This document shows, piece by piece, positions 13,001 to 24,373 of a stretch of DNA of 64,000 bases. Position numbers and translations under genes: made by a program. The first letter of the stretch is position 1; each line of letters starts with the position of its first letter. Origin of the DNA: Macrostomum hystrix (taxonomy: Eukaryota; Animalia; Platyhelminthes); assembly GCA_950097015.1 (NCBI GenBank), contig CATNEN010000025.1, positions 9,238,001 through 9,302,000 of the forward strand, written 5' to 3'. The notes beneath the pieces were generated by a model. That model was given only the letters and a program-made list of their open reading frames with translations. It had not been told where the DNA came from and made no database searches.

Positions 13001-13083
13001 CCGATGTGAAAATACCTGAGGAAGCAGACGCGAGCGGTGGACGCAACAAAGCGAACGGCGAAGTGGTGCATTCAGAAAACTAG
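1060..13083 (+). CDS. ChAT: Choline O-acetyltransferase, 5'-incomplete. Exons 1060-1113, 3684-3864, 5311-5500, 6839-7035, 7987-8087, 8361-8492, 8775-8897, 9307-9445, 10136-10336, 12766-13083
   Basis: Manual splicing gives a phase-consistent ORF with family motifs [39 protein letters not shown], catalytic [44 protein letters not shown] and [15 protein letters not shown] (not GRTET) and CYG (not CFG) favour ChAT over carnitine acyltransferases. N-terminal exons lie upstream of the window. Confidence 0.93.
1327..3595. repeat. 16-bp minisatellite (TAATAACTGTGATCCC)n, ~2.3 kb, in a ChAT intron
   Basis: Direct reading. It ends in a variant unit, AATTACTGAAATCCCT, from ~3345. Confidence 0.97.
4657..5135. 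repeat. 17-bp minisatellite (GGAAATGGTCATCGGKA)n; degenerate relative at ~7280-7430
   Basis: Direct reading. Confidence 0.92.
6402..6682 (+). mobile_element. tRNA-derived SINE family 2 with CORE-like central domain
   Basis: A box TAGCCTAGTGG, B box GGTTCGATTCC, central ttagcaagg...gcttcagttcagccagctgttaaatgggtac, AT-rich tail. Similar copies at 8935-9225 (+) and 10665-10865 (-); fragments at ~43795-43900 and ~56035-56140. Confidence 0.75.
7022..7229. repeat. 52-bp tandem repeat x4 spanning a ChAT exon end and splice donor
   Basis: Unit ACAAAACTATGCAG|GTGCGATCGATACGGAGTATGATGGCTGATGGGCATGA starts at 7022, 7074, 7126 and 7178. Confidence 0.95.
8935..9225 (+). mobile_element. tRNA-derived SINE family 2 copy
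   Basis: TAGCTTAGTGGTTAGAG...GGTTCGATT; ttagcaagacacttagcactgcattgcttcagttcacccagtggttaaatgggtac; cagtccatggactgaacagc shared with 6402-6682. Confidence 0.75.
10665..10865 (-). mobile_element. SINE family 2 copy (3' part, reverse)
   Basis: Reverse complement of the ccagtccatggactgaacagc and gttcacccagctgttaaatgggtacc segments. Confidence 0.7.
11061..12364. repeat. 51/54-bp minisatellite in the last ChAT intron
   Basis: Unit GACTAATCGGCTGTACACAGTCTGTGGGTTTGACGCC(TAA)TTCCCCAGTTCAAK. It explains the repetitive ORFs at 11310-12087. Confidence 0.96.
12420..12750 (-). mobile_element. tRNA-derived SINE family 1, near full length
   Basis: (ATT)n tail at 12418-12438 and a B-box-like GAGTTCGATTCC head near 12700-12745 on the minus strand. 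Confidence 0.75.
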
Positions 13084-14029
13084 GCGCCCAAGTTGCCGCA
13101 TACTAGCTTATTATACCAATCTACAAGTTTCCAATGGCTCATAGACCCCAACAAAACGCGATTGACATGAGGCTGATCAAGTCGATGAGTTGTGTACTCG
13201 TATTTCGGTGCAAGAGCATGTGTAACATGGGCATTCTCGTCGAGTGTTTTAAACTTAAATATTTTAATCCACAAATTTCATAAAAGCTATAGAAATCCGT
13301 GACGATCAGTGTTTGTAAAAACACATATTTTACAATTTCGTTACAATTCAGATATTTTGCAATACACTGCACAATCCGCTTCAACTAGTATTAAAATGCC
13401 TTCACCAGATTTTTCGTCACAGAATATAGCTTGCAGTAGACTTCTAGTAGTCAGCTTAGTATATTTAATTGCATTAGACTAGCCAGGCTGATACACGTGC
13501 ATTTTCGTTGTCTTTTCTAAATTGTAGCGCCGAGCACAGCTCTAGTATTTATCACATTATTAATCTGTGCCATTGCATTATATAAACTTCAAAAAAAGTA
13601 TTTTACTAGTTTGTATGAGTTCAGTAGTATAGTAGAATTCTCGTAGTTACTTGAAAAATTCTATTATTTTTATACAGGCGTGTATTTATTTCAAATGATT
13701 CAATTTAGTCAATTTTAGTCTAGTTAATGACTTACCACATTGTTCATTTCCTACTGATTTCAGTAAATTGGAGTTTAAATAAATTGGAATATGATAGACT
13801 TCATAAATTTTAGAGGCCTCACAATTACTACTCTGACCAATTCATATCAAACCACACTCTAGGCAAAAACACTGTTTATAAAAATTATCGATAAGAGCAT
13901 GTATACGCGCAAAGTAAAATTTTGTAGAATCCATAGTGTCAGCTCCCAAATCAGTGGTGTCTGTTACAATCAGAATGCTAGGCATCAGGCTTTAATAGCA
14001 AAGAACAACGCAATGGGTCCAAAACCAAG

Positions 14030-15391
14030 CTACACGAGTCTGAGACACGTGCACTGCATCTTGTCTTGAACATACAGCACTCGCCTGGAAGACAGGCTCT
14101 GGTTTACTCTATTCTTTAAATCGTGGATGCTATCAATCAGTCGATTTTGAATTCTCGAGAACATCACAAAACTCTTAAATAAACCAGCTGCCAGATGTCG
14201 GATATCGGACCGACCGAAAGCCGGGAAAAGTAGAGTGATAAACGAAAATATCATTTGTACCGGACAAGTCGTCCTGCGTCGCTGTCAAAAGCCAACTTTT
14301 TCTGGCCTGCCATCAGAGCATACTTTTGGATTTGTTCGCCGCGGCAGAATTGCAGCAAGACCAGTTTTGGTTTGCCTTCTAGACAGCCGTCTAGGAAGTG
14401 TGCAACAATGTCGGTAAAAGAGTGCAATCTAGTGCCATCAGAAAGCAAACAGCATGAGACATAGATATCATTAGAAACAGATCGCAACAATTATTTCTTT
14501 TATTTTTTAGCCCACTTAACTAAGAGTTGTACGAGCCGTACGCTGCTTTATCGGGATCGTTCGTCAGAGGTAGAATTTCATATTAAAGGATTTTTCCGAA
14601 CAATCGATTCTCTCATCGTCCCTTAACGAACGTTCTCTATGTTCTCAGATGGCAGCCTTTCACATTGCCAACGTCGATTAAAGCGCAAAGTCTTCAATTA
14701 TTTGCCAAAGGATATGTGTCGAAAGAATCTGCTTTCAACGATGCATTCGTAGATCCGCAATTGGAAACTTGAGCAATAGCAGGTTTGAGAATGGAACTTC
14801 TAGAGAAGCAGTGATTGAAAATTTGCCTCACCGCAGAGGATGCATTGCAGAGCGGTGATAATTTCTTTGCCAAATTATTTCAGCTGATTTGGTCGAGTGA
14901 TTCGTCGACAATGCGTTAAGCAAGCAGCTCCGTAACAATATCAAGTACGTCAGAGAAGTACAGATGGCCGAGCTGTGGGCACCACGGCTGGGTCCGCGGC
15001 AGAGAATTGAGTCGTCATCTGGTAAAGCAGGCATTGCAGAGGGCACAGGCGGAAATCTGGCTCACAGGTGGGTTGCAGCCGCGGACAGCTAAATTTCGAG
15101 TAGTTGAGCCGAGTCTTTGCCAGGAACTCGTAGCCGCAGATCCGGAAAGCAGCTGCTAGTGCACTTTGCCACGTCTTCGACGCATCGCCGGTAACCAGCC
15201 GTCAAAATGCAGCCGTCGCAACAGCTGGCTTGGCTCTACAACTTGGGAGTAGGAGCCAACACTGAGTCCACCCCTAGGAGCGAGCAGGAGCACAAGGTCC
15301 TTCAGTGGAACGCCCGTGCCGAGCGCTAGCAGCGCTAGCGAGACCGCCGAGAGCGAATCAGCGGGTGCTTGGGCCGAGTCCGAGGCCACTG
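14030..15391 (-). pseudogene. Decayed caspase gene (p20 and p10 recognisable; upstream segment possibly a DED-like prodomain)
   Basis: Minus-strand translation gives LFLMISMSH (~14455), LEGKPKLVLLQFCRG (14338-14380) and DIFVYHSTFPGFRSVRYPTSGSWFI*EFC (~14170-14250), with several in-frame stops and frameshifts. The prodomain call for 14833-15391 is tentative. Confidence 0.78.
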
Positions 15392-16029
15392 TATAGACGT
15401 ACATAATAAGGCATACGTCAACAAAAGTATCAATATATATCAATATATATATACCCTAGGTTCCCAATTCTTCAAACCAGGTCACAATCACCGAATCTCG
15501 GTTTCTACCCAATGTTTCCGTTTTTTATATAAAAAACTTCTACTACTCAGCCTAAATCTCTAGAAAATGATTATTAAACTTATCTTTATAAGTACAAGAA
15601 AAATTGGAAATTTCAGAGCAATTTAACTATATATAATTTACAACAAATAAACGGTTTTATAGGTAAATCGTATTTTAGGCTGTGAATTTTTTATTAAAGT
15701 GAACGAATGCAATATATTACACAGGTAATAAACAATAGGAGCTAAAAGAACTACGAGTACTTATTTTACAAGAAAGCAACAAAGATAAACAAGCATTTTT
15801 TATATTTCAGGCTAAAATGCCGTCAGATATTTTGGCTAACATTCACAAGGTTAAAAAAAGCTAACATATTATCTTGTGGACGATAACTCCACAAGACAAA
15901 GCGATAAGAGGAACACCGGAATGGGATTGCATATATAGGTGTCGAGGGGGCCCGATGAAGACGATACCAGTGCCTGAAGTCAGGCTAGAAGATATTTAAA
16001 AAATGATATAAAACGACTGAAAGCCTTTG

Positions 16030-16380
16030 AGTTGCCAGTAAAGCATTTGAGTTGCTGGAGAAGCATTTGAGTAGCTAGAGACAAATTTGAGTTGCTAGAG
16101 AAGCATTTGAGTTGCTAGAGAAGCATTTGAGTTGCTAGAGAAGCATTTGAGTTGCTAGAGAAGCATTTGAGTTGCTAGTGAAGCGTTTGAGTTGCTAGAG
16201 AATCATTTGAGTTGCTAGAGAAGCATTTGAGTAGCTAGAGACAAATTTGAGTTGCTGGAGAAGCATTTGAGTAGCTAGAGACAAATTTGAGTTGCTAGTG
16301 AAGCATTTGAGTTGCTAGTGAAGCGTTTGAGTTGCTAGTGAAGCATTTGAGTTGCTAGAGAAGCGCTTGAGTCGTTAGAG
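16030..16380. repeat. 20-bp minisatellite (GAGAAGCATTTGAGTTGCTA)n
   Basis: Direct reading. Confidence 0.92.
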
Positions 16381-16519
16381 AACCATCTGAGTCATTTCAT
16401 CCAGGAAGGCATTTGAAATGCCGCTAATCAAGGTAATGTTTTCATCGGGAAAGTGATGCTACACTACCTATTGCATCAGGAACATACGCAGTACTAAGGC
16501 TTTGGCTAGTCTCTGGTAT

Positions 16520-19500
16520 TTACTTAGTTAGCATGCGATCCAGCTTGTCAGCCCCATCCAGATTGTCTACAATTTCAGCCAGGCACTGCTCAACCGCTTG
16601 CTCCTCGACTCGCTCGCACATCGGCTCCCAATCGCTGGCAAAATCGGCCGGCTGGTAACGAAATTCCGGTCCAAAATTGATCTGCACCTGGGCGGCTTTG
16701 TACAGGCTAATAGCCGGATAGTAGGTGCTGGCATAGAGCTTGCTGAATGCCACTCCCATTGGCTGGCCGTTGCGATAGAAGCGAATCTCGCTGCCCAGCT
16801 GCAGCCGAAGCGCCTTTTCTTGCTTCTGCACCTCGTCGCGCTCTTCGTAGTACAGACAGTTCTTGAACTTGATCAACGGGCTGGACTTGTGCGTAGGCGG
16901 CAGGCAGTCCACGGTGACCTGGGTTGGTCGCTGCAGCACAATCAGGCAGCCGATGACGTCGCCCTGCCCGTAGCCCGACTCGGCGTAGTGACGCCCGCGG
17001 GCGTCGTGAAACGCTGTGCCCTTGCGACTGCGCCACGAGTAGGAGAACTTGTCGCAGCCCACTGGCGCCTGGAAACAAAATTGTGAATTCATCTGGATTT
17101 ATGTTTCCATGAGCATTTAACTTTTGAACACTGTTGCGATTTACTAAAAATGAAGATAGTCCACTTCCATTACCTACTCAGTTTGGTCTGTCACACTGCT
17201 GAGTCACTCTCTCACTCCTCAAATCAGATTGGTCTGTCACACTGCTGAGTCACTCTCTTACTCCTCAAATCAGATTGGTCTGTCCCTCTGTTGAGTCACC
17301 TTCTGTCACCCTTCCACCCAGATAGTTGTGCCGCACTCACCTGAAGATTTCCTAGGGAGGCAGACCAGCCCATCCTAGTGGCGGAACCCTCTGGCATCTC
17401 GGTCACGATGGCCTCGTAGTACCAGGCGCCCTTGGACACGCCGTGAGTAGCCCTAATCATGCAGTAGCCCTTGTCGCCAGTGACTGAGAGCTGATTCTCG
17501 GCCAGTTTCAACTGAGGCGCCCGATCGCACATAGACAATAGCAGGGCTGGCGGAGCCCAGGCCCGGTAGAAATAGCCGGGTATTGGCTGGCCGCTGGTGC
17601 TCTCACACTGGTCCCATTGCTGCCGACCGGGGGCATGTACATCAGGCTCGGCTAGGGTGTATCTGTGATACAAAGAGAGATGCAAGAGTCAGTCAATACG
17701 CAAACGGCCAGCGCCAAAGCAGCCGCACTCAAAACCCCTTAACCTCTGCCTAGTTGAGGTGGGGTTGGTGCACCCAGCCAGCCGACTCGCTAAGCCGGGG
17801 GGTTTGGCGAAGACTAACACGCCACCTACTTAGTAACCCCTATCTCGCTCTCGCGCTTTTTGTTCATCTATATGCGCGCAATGCAGCAAAAAATCTTCGC
17901 TGCCATTAAAAATCGTAAATATAAAAGCATTCCGCTTTACTTTCATATATTTTTTGCAAGAAATTCTATATTATAATGCCTTTTACTTCTTATTAGTCAA
18001 CTCAATTTACAGGCCAAGTGCCAGGCTTCGACCGACGAAGCTGACTACAAAGCCAATGAGAACCCTGCCGAAACGGAGCGATCGTCATCGGAAGCCAATG
18101 ACGAAGGAGTGAAGCTCGTCAACAGAGCGCTGCCAGTGTTTGGCGATGGTTCCCAACCTTCACGATCAGTGCCAAGCGGGCAGACTGGCGTGCCAGTCTG
18201 GCAAAAAAGGAACCGGGGGGGGGGCGGTGAGGCCCATGGCCGTGATTTGAAAACCACGTCCCGCGGGCAAAACCGCACCCGACAGAGTGATCACGGCATA
18301 ACGAACCGTAGGACCTCTTTAAACAAAATCACCGTGAATCACCGGAGAGCACAGGAGAGACAGACAAGATCGGAAATGAAGGGCGTAGTGAGAGGAGGGA
18401 ACAAAAAACACAAGAACGAAAACCAAGAACAAAAACAAGAAAAATACTGAAAAAAAACAAAAAAAATAGAAAAAGTCAGGAAAAGGCTGCTCACAGCGCA
18501 GGCACAGATCAAGCTGCCGGCAATAGAGAAGAACCCCGGACCAAGATCGATCGAACAGAGGATGGCGAGAAGCAGAAGGCGAAGAATTAAGAGAGGTAGA
18601 CGCCGATGCGAGAAAGATGCCGAACGCACGGAAAAAGCACAGAAGGAGTGGGATCAGAAACGGATAAGAATAGCGACATGGAACGTCCAAAGGGCAAACC
18701 TAGGCTCAGCGAGATTTGGCGAAATTGTGAAGAAAGCAACGGAAAGCTGGGATGTGACCCTGCTCACCGAATTGAACGCGCGCGACACGGGGATCAGTGT
18801 TCCACCATCAACGAAAAGAGACGCACCTGGTGCACTCCCAAAGGGTGGGAATCCTACTAACTGAGACAGCGTGGCACCTCTGGTGCAGCGGAGGTAGAAA
18901 GATGCACCCGCAACAGCCTTCCAGAAGGTCCTCAGCAAGATTCTACATGGCTGCTCATGGATATGATTGAAGTATTTTCCAATTATAAATTGTTGTGAGG
19001 TTCAAATCTAAAACCAAGCGAAAACTATTTCTGTAGTTGTGCAATACACATTATCCACCTCATCTCATTAGCTGAGGTAGAAATTTAGGTAGCTATAACA
19101 GTCTTGAGTGGACTGAAGACATTTCTTCATGGACGGATTACTGAAGGCAGTTCTAACCCAACGATGACGATTCTAGTTAAAAAATACGAGTATGTATAAA
19201 AGCAACTTCACAACACGGCCGCTAACCTATAGTTGTCTTTGTTAAACGGATGCTCAACTGGGAAGCCCTGCGCGTTGACTTTGACACGCTCGGCCTCAAG
19301 GCGCGAACGCGTTCCTCGCTGATCGGCACCAGGGCCGGCGCGTCGCTTACCGCGGCCCGGCATCTGGACGTTCAGCTTGGACAGGTCAGTCTTGAGGCCG
19401 GAGGCCAGGGCTCGGAACTGGTCATAGTTGGGCCCGATGCGGGACAGGTCGTTATTGGCCAGGGACACCATAGAGTCCTCTTGGGATTGGTCGCTAGACT

Positions 19501-20875
19501 GCTCACCGGCTGGCGACACCTTGGTTACCTGGCGAATGGCAAGGTAGGTTTATTTAGATTCATGTGGATAATTTTGCTACATTTCGTTGACCTAATGAGT
19601 ACCAATATGTTATATTTAGCAAGACACTTGATTTCCGTTTGCTTTAGTTCATACATCTGTAAAATGGGCATCAGAATTAGCTGGGGTAGAACTTTGACTG
19701 GGTCTATTAATAATGGTAATAATAATAATAATTGCAGGAGGGCTGCGGGCAGTCGCAAATCATTTGGTGACACTAGACCCACAGCCAGCGAGAGGCAATT
19801 CTGCCCATTCCGCTGACTCCTGAGCACACACGCACAGATACTCGCTGAGGCCGTGTGCGTACTGGTAACTACACCTTTTTACTTTCTATTATAGAAAAAG
19901 TTCACTCGATATTGAAATCGTTGCATCCAATTTTGACAGTCTGTGGCAGCGCTAGCTAAAATGTTCAACCTATTTTGACAAACTTTGGCTCACTTCTGAC
20001 AATTTGCATCCGATATTGACAAACTTCAAGCTTTGTTGACACTTTGCAAGCAACTATGACATCGGGCAATCGATTCTGACACCGGGTTAGAAACCAATGT
20101 CTTTGTCTCGCTGTCTATGGGAACAAGTCTGCTCATATGCATCCGTCTTTGACACTGTGCATCCAAAATTGACACAACACAAGTAATAACTTTTCCACAA
20201 ACTATTCCTTTTTGCCATAGACTACGTGTACCATATACGAGCTATGTGGCCTACATGTAACATGGATTTAGGCTTCCGATGAATACATAGTTGCTGTCCT
20301 CCGTCGGAGTCATTCACTTCCAAAGTTACCCGACCGGCAATACCCGACAGTAAAGGACTGAGCAGTTGTACGCAGCTTTTGGGTGCCCATATGATGAAGC
20401 TCAGCATTGTTAATGAACGTACCTTAAAAGTATCGCTGCTGGCCACAGTCTTGTGTATAGTGGCGTACCAGGACTTGTTGCCGCGCCTTGGCTGGCTGGC
20501 CAAAGCATCCCAATTCTCCTCAAGGTAGGGTATGAGCTTCTGATCAACGCTAAATTGACAACGGCCGCCGTTTTCAACAGTGAGATTGGCTAGAGCAGTC
20601 TGGCACATCACCGCAAAGCTGGCTTGCTTCCTATTGAAGACCTCCTCGGAGCGGTTGTTGCAGGCCTTGCACATGAAGTGATAATTTGTCATAAAAGGCA
20701 GCACGGAGCCAACGTTGAACTTTATACAGGCCTTGTGAAACCAGCGGCTGCACTGGCAGCATTGGAATTCCGCTTCAGCGTAGCGCCTAGGCTCGCCGCA
20801 ATAACATTGCGTATCCTTCGGCGGGGTGACGCTGATGATTTCCCCGGAGACGCCATTGTTGGTGTCGCTGCTCAT
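16520..20875 (-). CDS. ASH2L: Set1/COMPASS subunit ASH2-like (PHD-WH + SPRY + SDI), 541 aa. Exons 20875-20423, 19528-19227, 17662-17341, 17068-16520
   Basis: Phase-consistent GT-AG splicing. Motifs CYCGEPR...[81 protein letters not shown] and YYPAISLYK. Confidence 0.95.
18045..18950 (+). mobile_element. Non-LTR retrotransposon 5' fragment (APE endonuclease N-terminus, frameshifted) in ASH2L intron 2
   Basis: RIRIATWNVQRANL...WDVTLLTEL, then in a shifted frame THLVHSQRVGILLTE. The left boundary is approximate. Confidence 0.65.
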
Positions 20876-21007
20876 TGTTGCTTAAAAATTTTATTTCTTT
20901 TTTTTGAGATTCAAAACTGCAATGCAGGCACAGAAAATATCTAAAAAATCGCGATTTTTATAATTAGGGAAACCTTCTGGAACTTTTCACTGCCCATTTT
21001 AGACTGT

Positions 21008-21885
21008 ATGCAGCCCTATCCACTCACCAGACTGCAGACAGCCCTATCCACACACCAGACTGCAGACAGCCCTATCCACTCACCAGACTGCAGACAGCCC
21101 TATCCACTCACCAGACTGCAGACAGCCCTATCCACTCACCAGACTGCAGACAGCCCTATCCACACACCAGACTGCAGACAGCCCTATCCACTCACCAGAC
21201 TGCAGACAGCCCTATCCACTCACCAGACTGCAGACAGCCCTATCCACTCACCAGACTGCAGACAGCCCTATCCACACACCAGACTGCAGACAGCCCTATC
21301 CACTCACCAGACTGCAGACAGCCCTATCCACTCACCAGACTGCAGACAGCCCTATCCACACACCAGACTGCAGACAGCCCTATCCACACACCAGACTGCA
21401 GACAGCCCTATCCACTCACCAGACTGCAGACAGCCCTATCCACTCACCAGACTGCAGACAGCCCTATCCACACACCAGACTGCAGACAGCCCTATCCACA
21501 CACCAGACTGCAGACAGCCCTATCCACTCATCAGACTGCAGACAGCCCTATCCACTCATCAGACTGCAGACAGCCCTATCCACTCACCAGACTGCAGACA
21601 GCCCTATCCACACACCAGACTGCAGACAGCCCTATCCACTCATCAGACTGCAGACAGCCCTATCCACACACCAGACTGCAGACAGCCCTATCCACACACC
21701 AGACTGCAGACAGCCCTATCCACTCACCAGACTGCAGACAGCCCTATCCACACACCAGACTGCAGACAGCCCTATCCACACACCAGACTGCAGACAGCCC
21801 TATCCACTCATCAGACTGCAGACAGCCCTATCCACACACCAGACTGCAGACAGCCCTATCCACACACCAGACTGCAGACAGCCCA
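21008..21885. repeat. 28-bp minisatellite (CAGACAGCCCTATCCACWCACCAGACTG)n between MVK and ASH2L
   Basis: Direct reading. It explains the 296-aa repetitive ORF. Confidence 0.96.
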
Positions 21886-22219
21886 CACATATGTGTAAAG
21901 GTGGCGAGCACACCATCAAAGGCTAGTTGTCTTAAAGGTTGGCTAAAAATATGTACTCAGATAAGTTCGTAAAGAAACGCTCGCAGTAACACAGATACAC
22001 CATGTAGCGAACACAGACTTAAGAGTCAGACTACAACATTTAGCTACTAGGAATACCACAAACGCATCTACTAACTAATCCATTCATGTAATATTGCGGT
22101 TATATATTACGCATTAAAACTTATAATACACAAAAAACATAGTTACTAGAAAGCAAGGCGATTTAGATATTAAAAAATTTAAATTTATTTTAGGCGACTA
22201 AAAATAAACGATCCGATAT

Positions 22220-23548
22220 TCAATCGGTCATCCAGAGCTCTGCAGACTCTTCGGCCTCCTCAAGTCGAACCCCCGGCTCGCCGAGCTGCACAGCTCGCAC
22301 ATAGGCACACATCGCCGCCAGTGAGTCCAACGTACGCCTACGACAGTCGTCGCCACCATCGCTGTCGCCACCTTGAAGCTGAGGGCAAGGAAAAAATATC
22401 AAAGCGCAGCCGCCGCCGCCGGCTCCTGTGAGCTTTGCGGCAGCTCCATGCGACTCGGCAACCGAGCAGATCTGGTCTAGCAACGGATGGGACACACCTA
22501 GGCAAACTAGCAGCCGCTGGTTCAGCCGCACTAATGCTAAATAGTCGTCTTTGTCGGCTGGTGAAGCGGCACCGGTTGCCATGGAAACAATGAGACGCTG
22601 AGCCGACTCGCTGACGGAGTTGATGGCGTCAACAATGTGATGAATGGGTGCGCCAAGGCTGGGCGACTCGGCTAGCTGACGAACACCCGCCACCAGGCTG
22701 CCGGTGCTGCGCGCCTGGCCAGTGTCGGCCACAAAAACAACAGGCAGTGTTGACGCAACTTGGTTGATATGACAACCGGTTGAAATATCGGCCGGAAGCA
22801 ATGGAGCAGGTGGGCCCGGCCTACGGTAGGCGATAAAGCCGCCGCGCACGGCGCACGCGTTGTCGACGCCGCTAGGTCGGCCGTGGACAAGAGTCTCAGC
22901 GGCGAAGGCGGCGGCTTCAACGCTGCAGGTGTCTAGGGGTGATGCTCGATCGGCCAGGGCCTCGCAGACGGCGGCTAATGCGGCGGCGTAGGCGGCCGAG
23001 GAGCCGAGGCCGCCACCGATTGGCAGCCGGCCGGAGACCATGAATGCCACATTGCCTAGCAATGGCGGCTTAAGCCAGGCGTAGACGGCGACAAACGCGG
23101 CTACGGCGAGGCGAGGCAATTCTTGCTGCTGTTGGGCTTCCACTGCTCGATCAGATAATTCTCGAATAGTCGACAATTCCACCTCAGTGAAAGGCGATTC
23201 AATTGGCTTTCCACTAGCATTTTTCACAGCCTTGGCAATGGGAAACGCTGCATCCAGCTCAGTGGAGTCCAAGCAAGCGCGCATGCTCAGTGCTGGAAAG
23301 TGGAGCACAATTTGACCAGATGCTGAACGACAAGGAAGGTTATCCCCATTGACAGGATCGCTAGCTGAGTCCTGACGCCACCTGGCTGTCACTCTACAAC
23401 GCTCGGAGATGGCGGCGGCAAGGGCCAGGCTGCCATATACTACAGCGTGCTCGCCATGCAGGATGACCTTGCCAGGAGCCGATGCAGACACACTGTGCCA
23501 GCTGCCATCTTTGCTGACTTCAATGTTGTCGCCTTGAGATGATGAAGC
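22220..23548 (-). CDS. MVK: Mevalonate kinase (GHMP family); one large coding exon starting at a phase-0 splice acceptor, with no in-frame ATG
   Basis: SAPGKVILHGEHAVVYG, LPIGGGLGSSAA, HGRPSGVDN, LGVSHPLLD and KLTGAGGGGC. The frame is open from the acceptor AACTTAG|GCT at 23548 to the stop at 22220. Confidence 0.93.
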   Translation of the reverse strand, partial: ASSSQGDNIEVSKDGSWHSVSASAPGKVILHGEHAVVYGSLALAAAISERCRVTARWRQDSASDPVNGDNLPCRSASGQIVLHFPALSMRACLDSTELDAAFPIAKAVKNASGKPIESPFTEVELSTIRELSDRAVEAQQQQELPRLAVAAFVAVYAWLKPPLLGNVAFMVSGRLPIGGGLGSSAAYAAALAAVCEALADRASPLDTCSVEAAAFAAETLVHGRPSGVDNACAVRGGFIAYRRPGPPAPLLPADISTGCHINQVASTLPVVFVADTGQARSTGSLVAGVRQLAESPSLGAPIHHIVDAINSVSESAQRLIVSMATGAASPADKDDYLALVRLNQRLLVCLGVSHPLLDQICSVAESHGAAAKLTGAGGGGCALIFFPCPQLQGGDSDGGDDCRRRTLDSLAAMCAYVRAVQLGEPGVRLEEAEESAELWMTD

Positions 23549-24373
23549 CTAAGTTAATATTTTTAGGCTTATAAATGTAGCATAAGATAGTATGTTTTTG
23601 AAATTTATGTTTTAAATGTTGTCTGTTCTTTACTAAAAAAGTAAAATATCAATAAACAATATTTTATTGGTTTTATTACAAATTTTCTGCCAGCTAAGAG
23701 AAGATTAACCCCTTACAATGTATAAAATCATACTCCAGTCAAATCTTAAAGTAATACAAGGCAAATAAAAAACTGAACCAACCTATTTCTATTAAGTAGC
23801 AAAGTTATTAGAAAAGTACTTCAGTATACCATGAAAAACGATAAGGGAGTCAGCAAAATGGTCAGAACTACCTCCGTGCTTGTTGCGGGTCTAGTGTCAC
23901 CAATATTTTGTGCCATTGCCCTCCTTGAAGCTAGTATCGCATCTTATTATTTTCTCTCACAAGGCTGATACAGAAAATATTGAGTCCATAATTTTCCTCA
24001 GCTCTATTATGCTTAATGCTAATAACTATTTTCATGCTTAGTTTGTGTGATGCTGAGTATGAATGAGCATTTTGTTGCCTATCACTGAGTTGATCCCTGA
24101 ATTATAAGTTTGTGTTAAGCCAGAGATCTTTATACACAACATATGGACTGTAAAGAAAAGTTTAAGTCAAGTTTTTTACCACAAGATGAGGCCTATCTTT
24201 TACTTGGTACAGGATGAGAATGACAGGCTTTTTTTAACACTGTACAGAAGGCACAGCTCATTTTCCTCTAAAATTTCTTTCCTATTTTTTCAGTTTTATT
24301 AGGCCAAAAGAAAGTTAGCTTTTTCTTTTTATGAAAATTGTTTTTTTCCTTTCTTAAGAGTTGACATTTTTAT

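Noticed and set aside
17735-17845. GC-rich segment upstream of the LINE endonuclease fragment that might be an HDV-like ribozyme or RTE leader
   Set aside because: I could not build a convincing nested double pseudoknot by hand. It needs an RNArobo/Infernal search.
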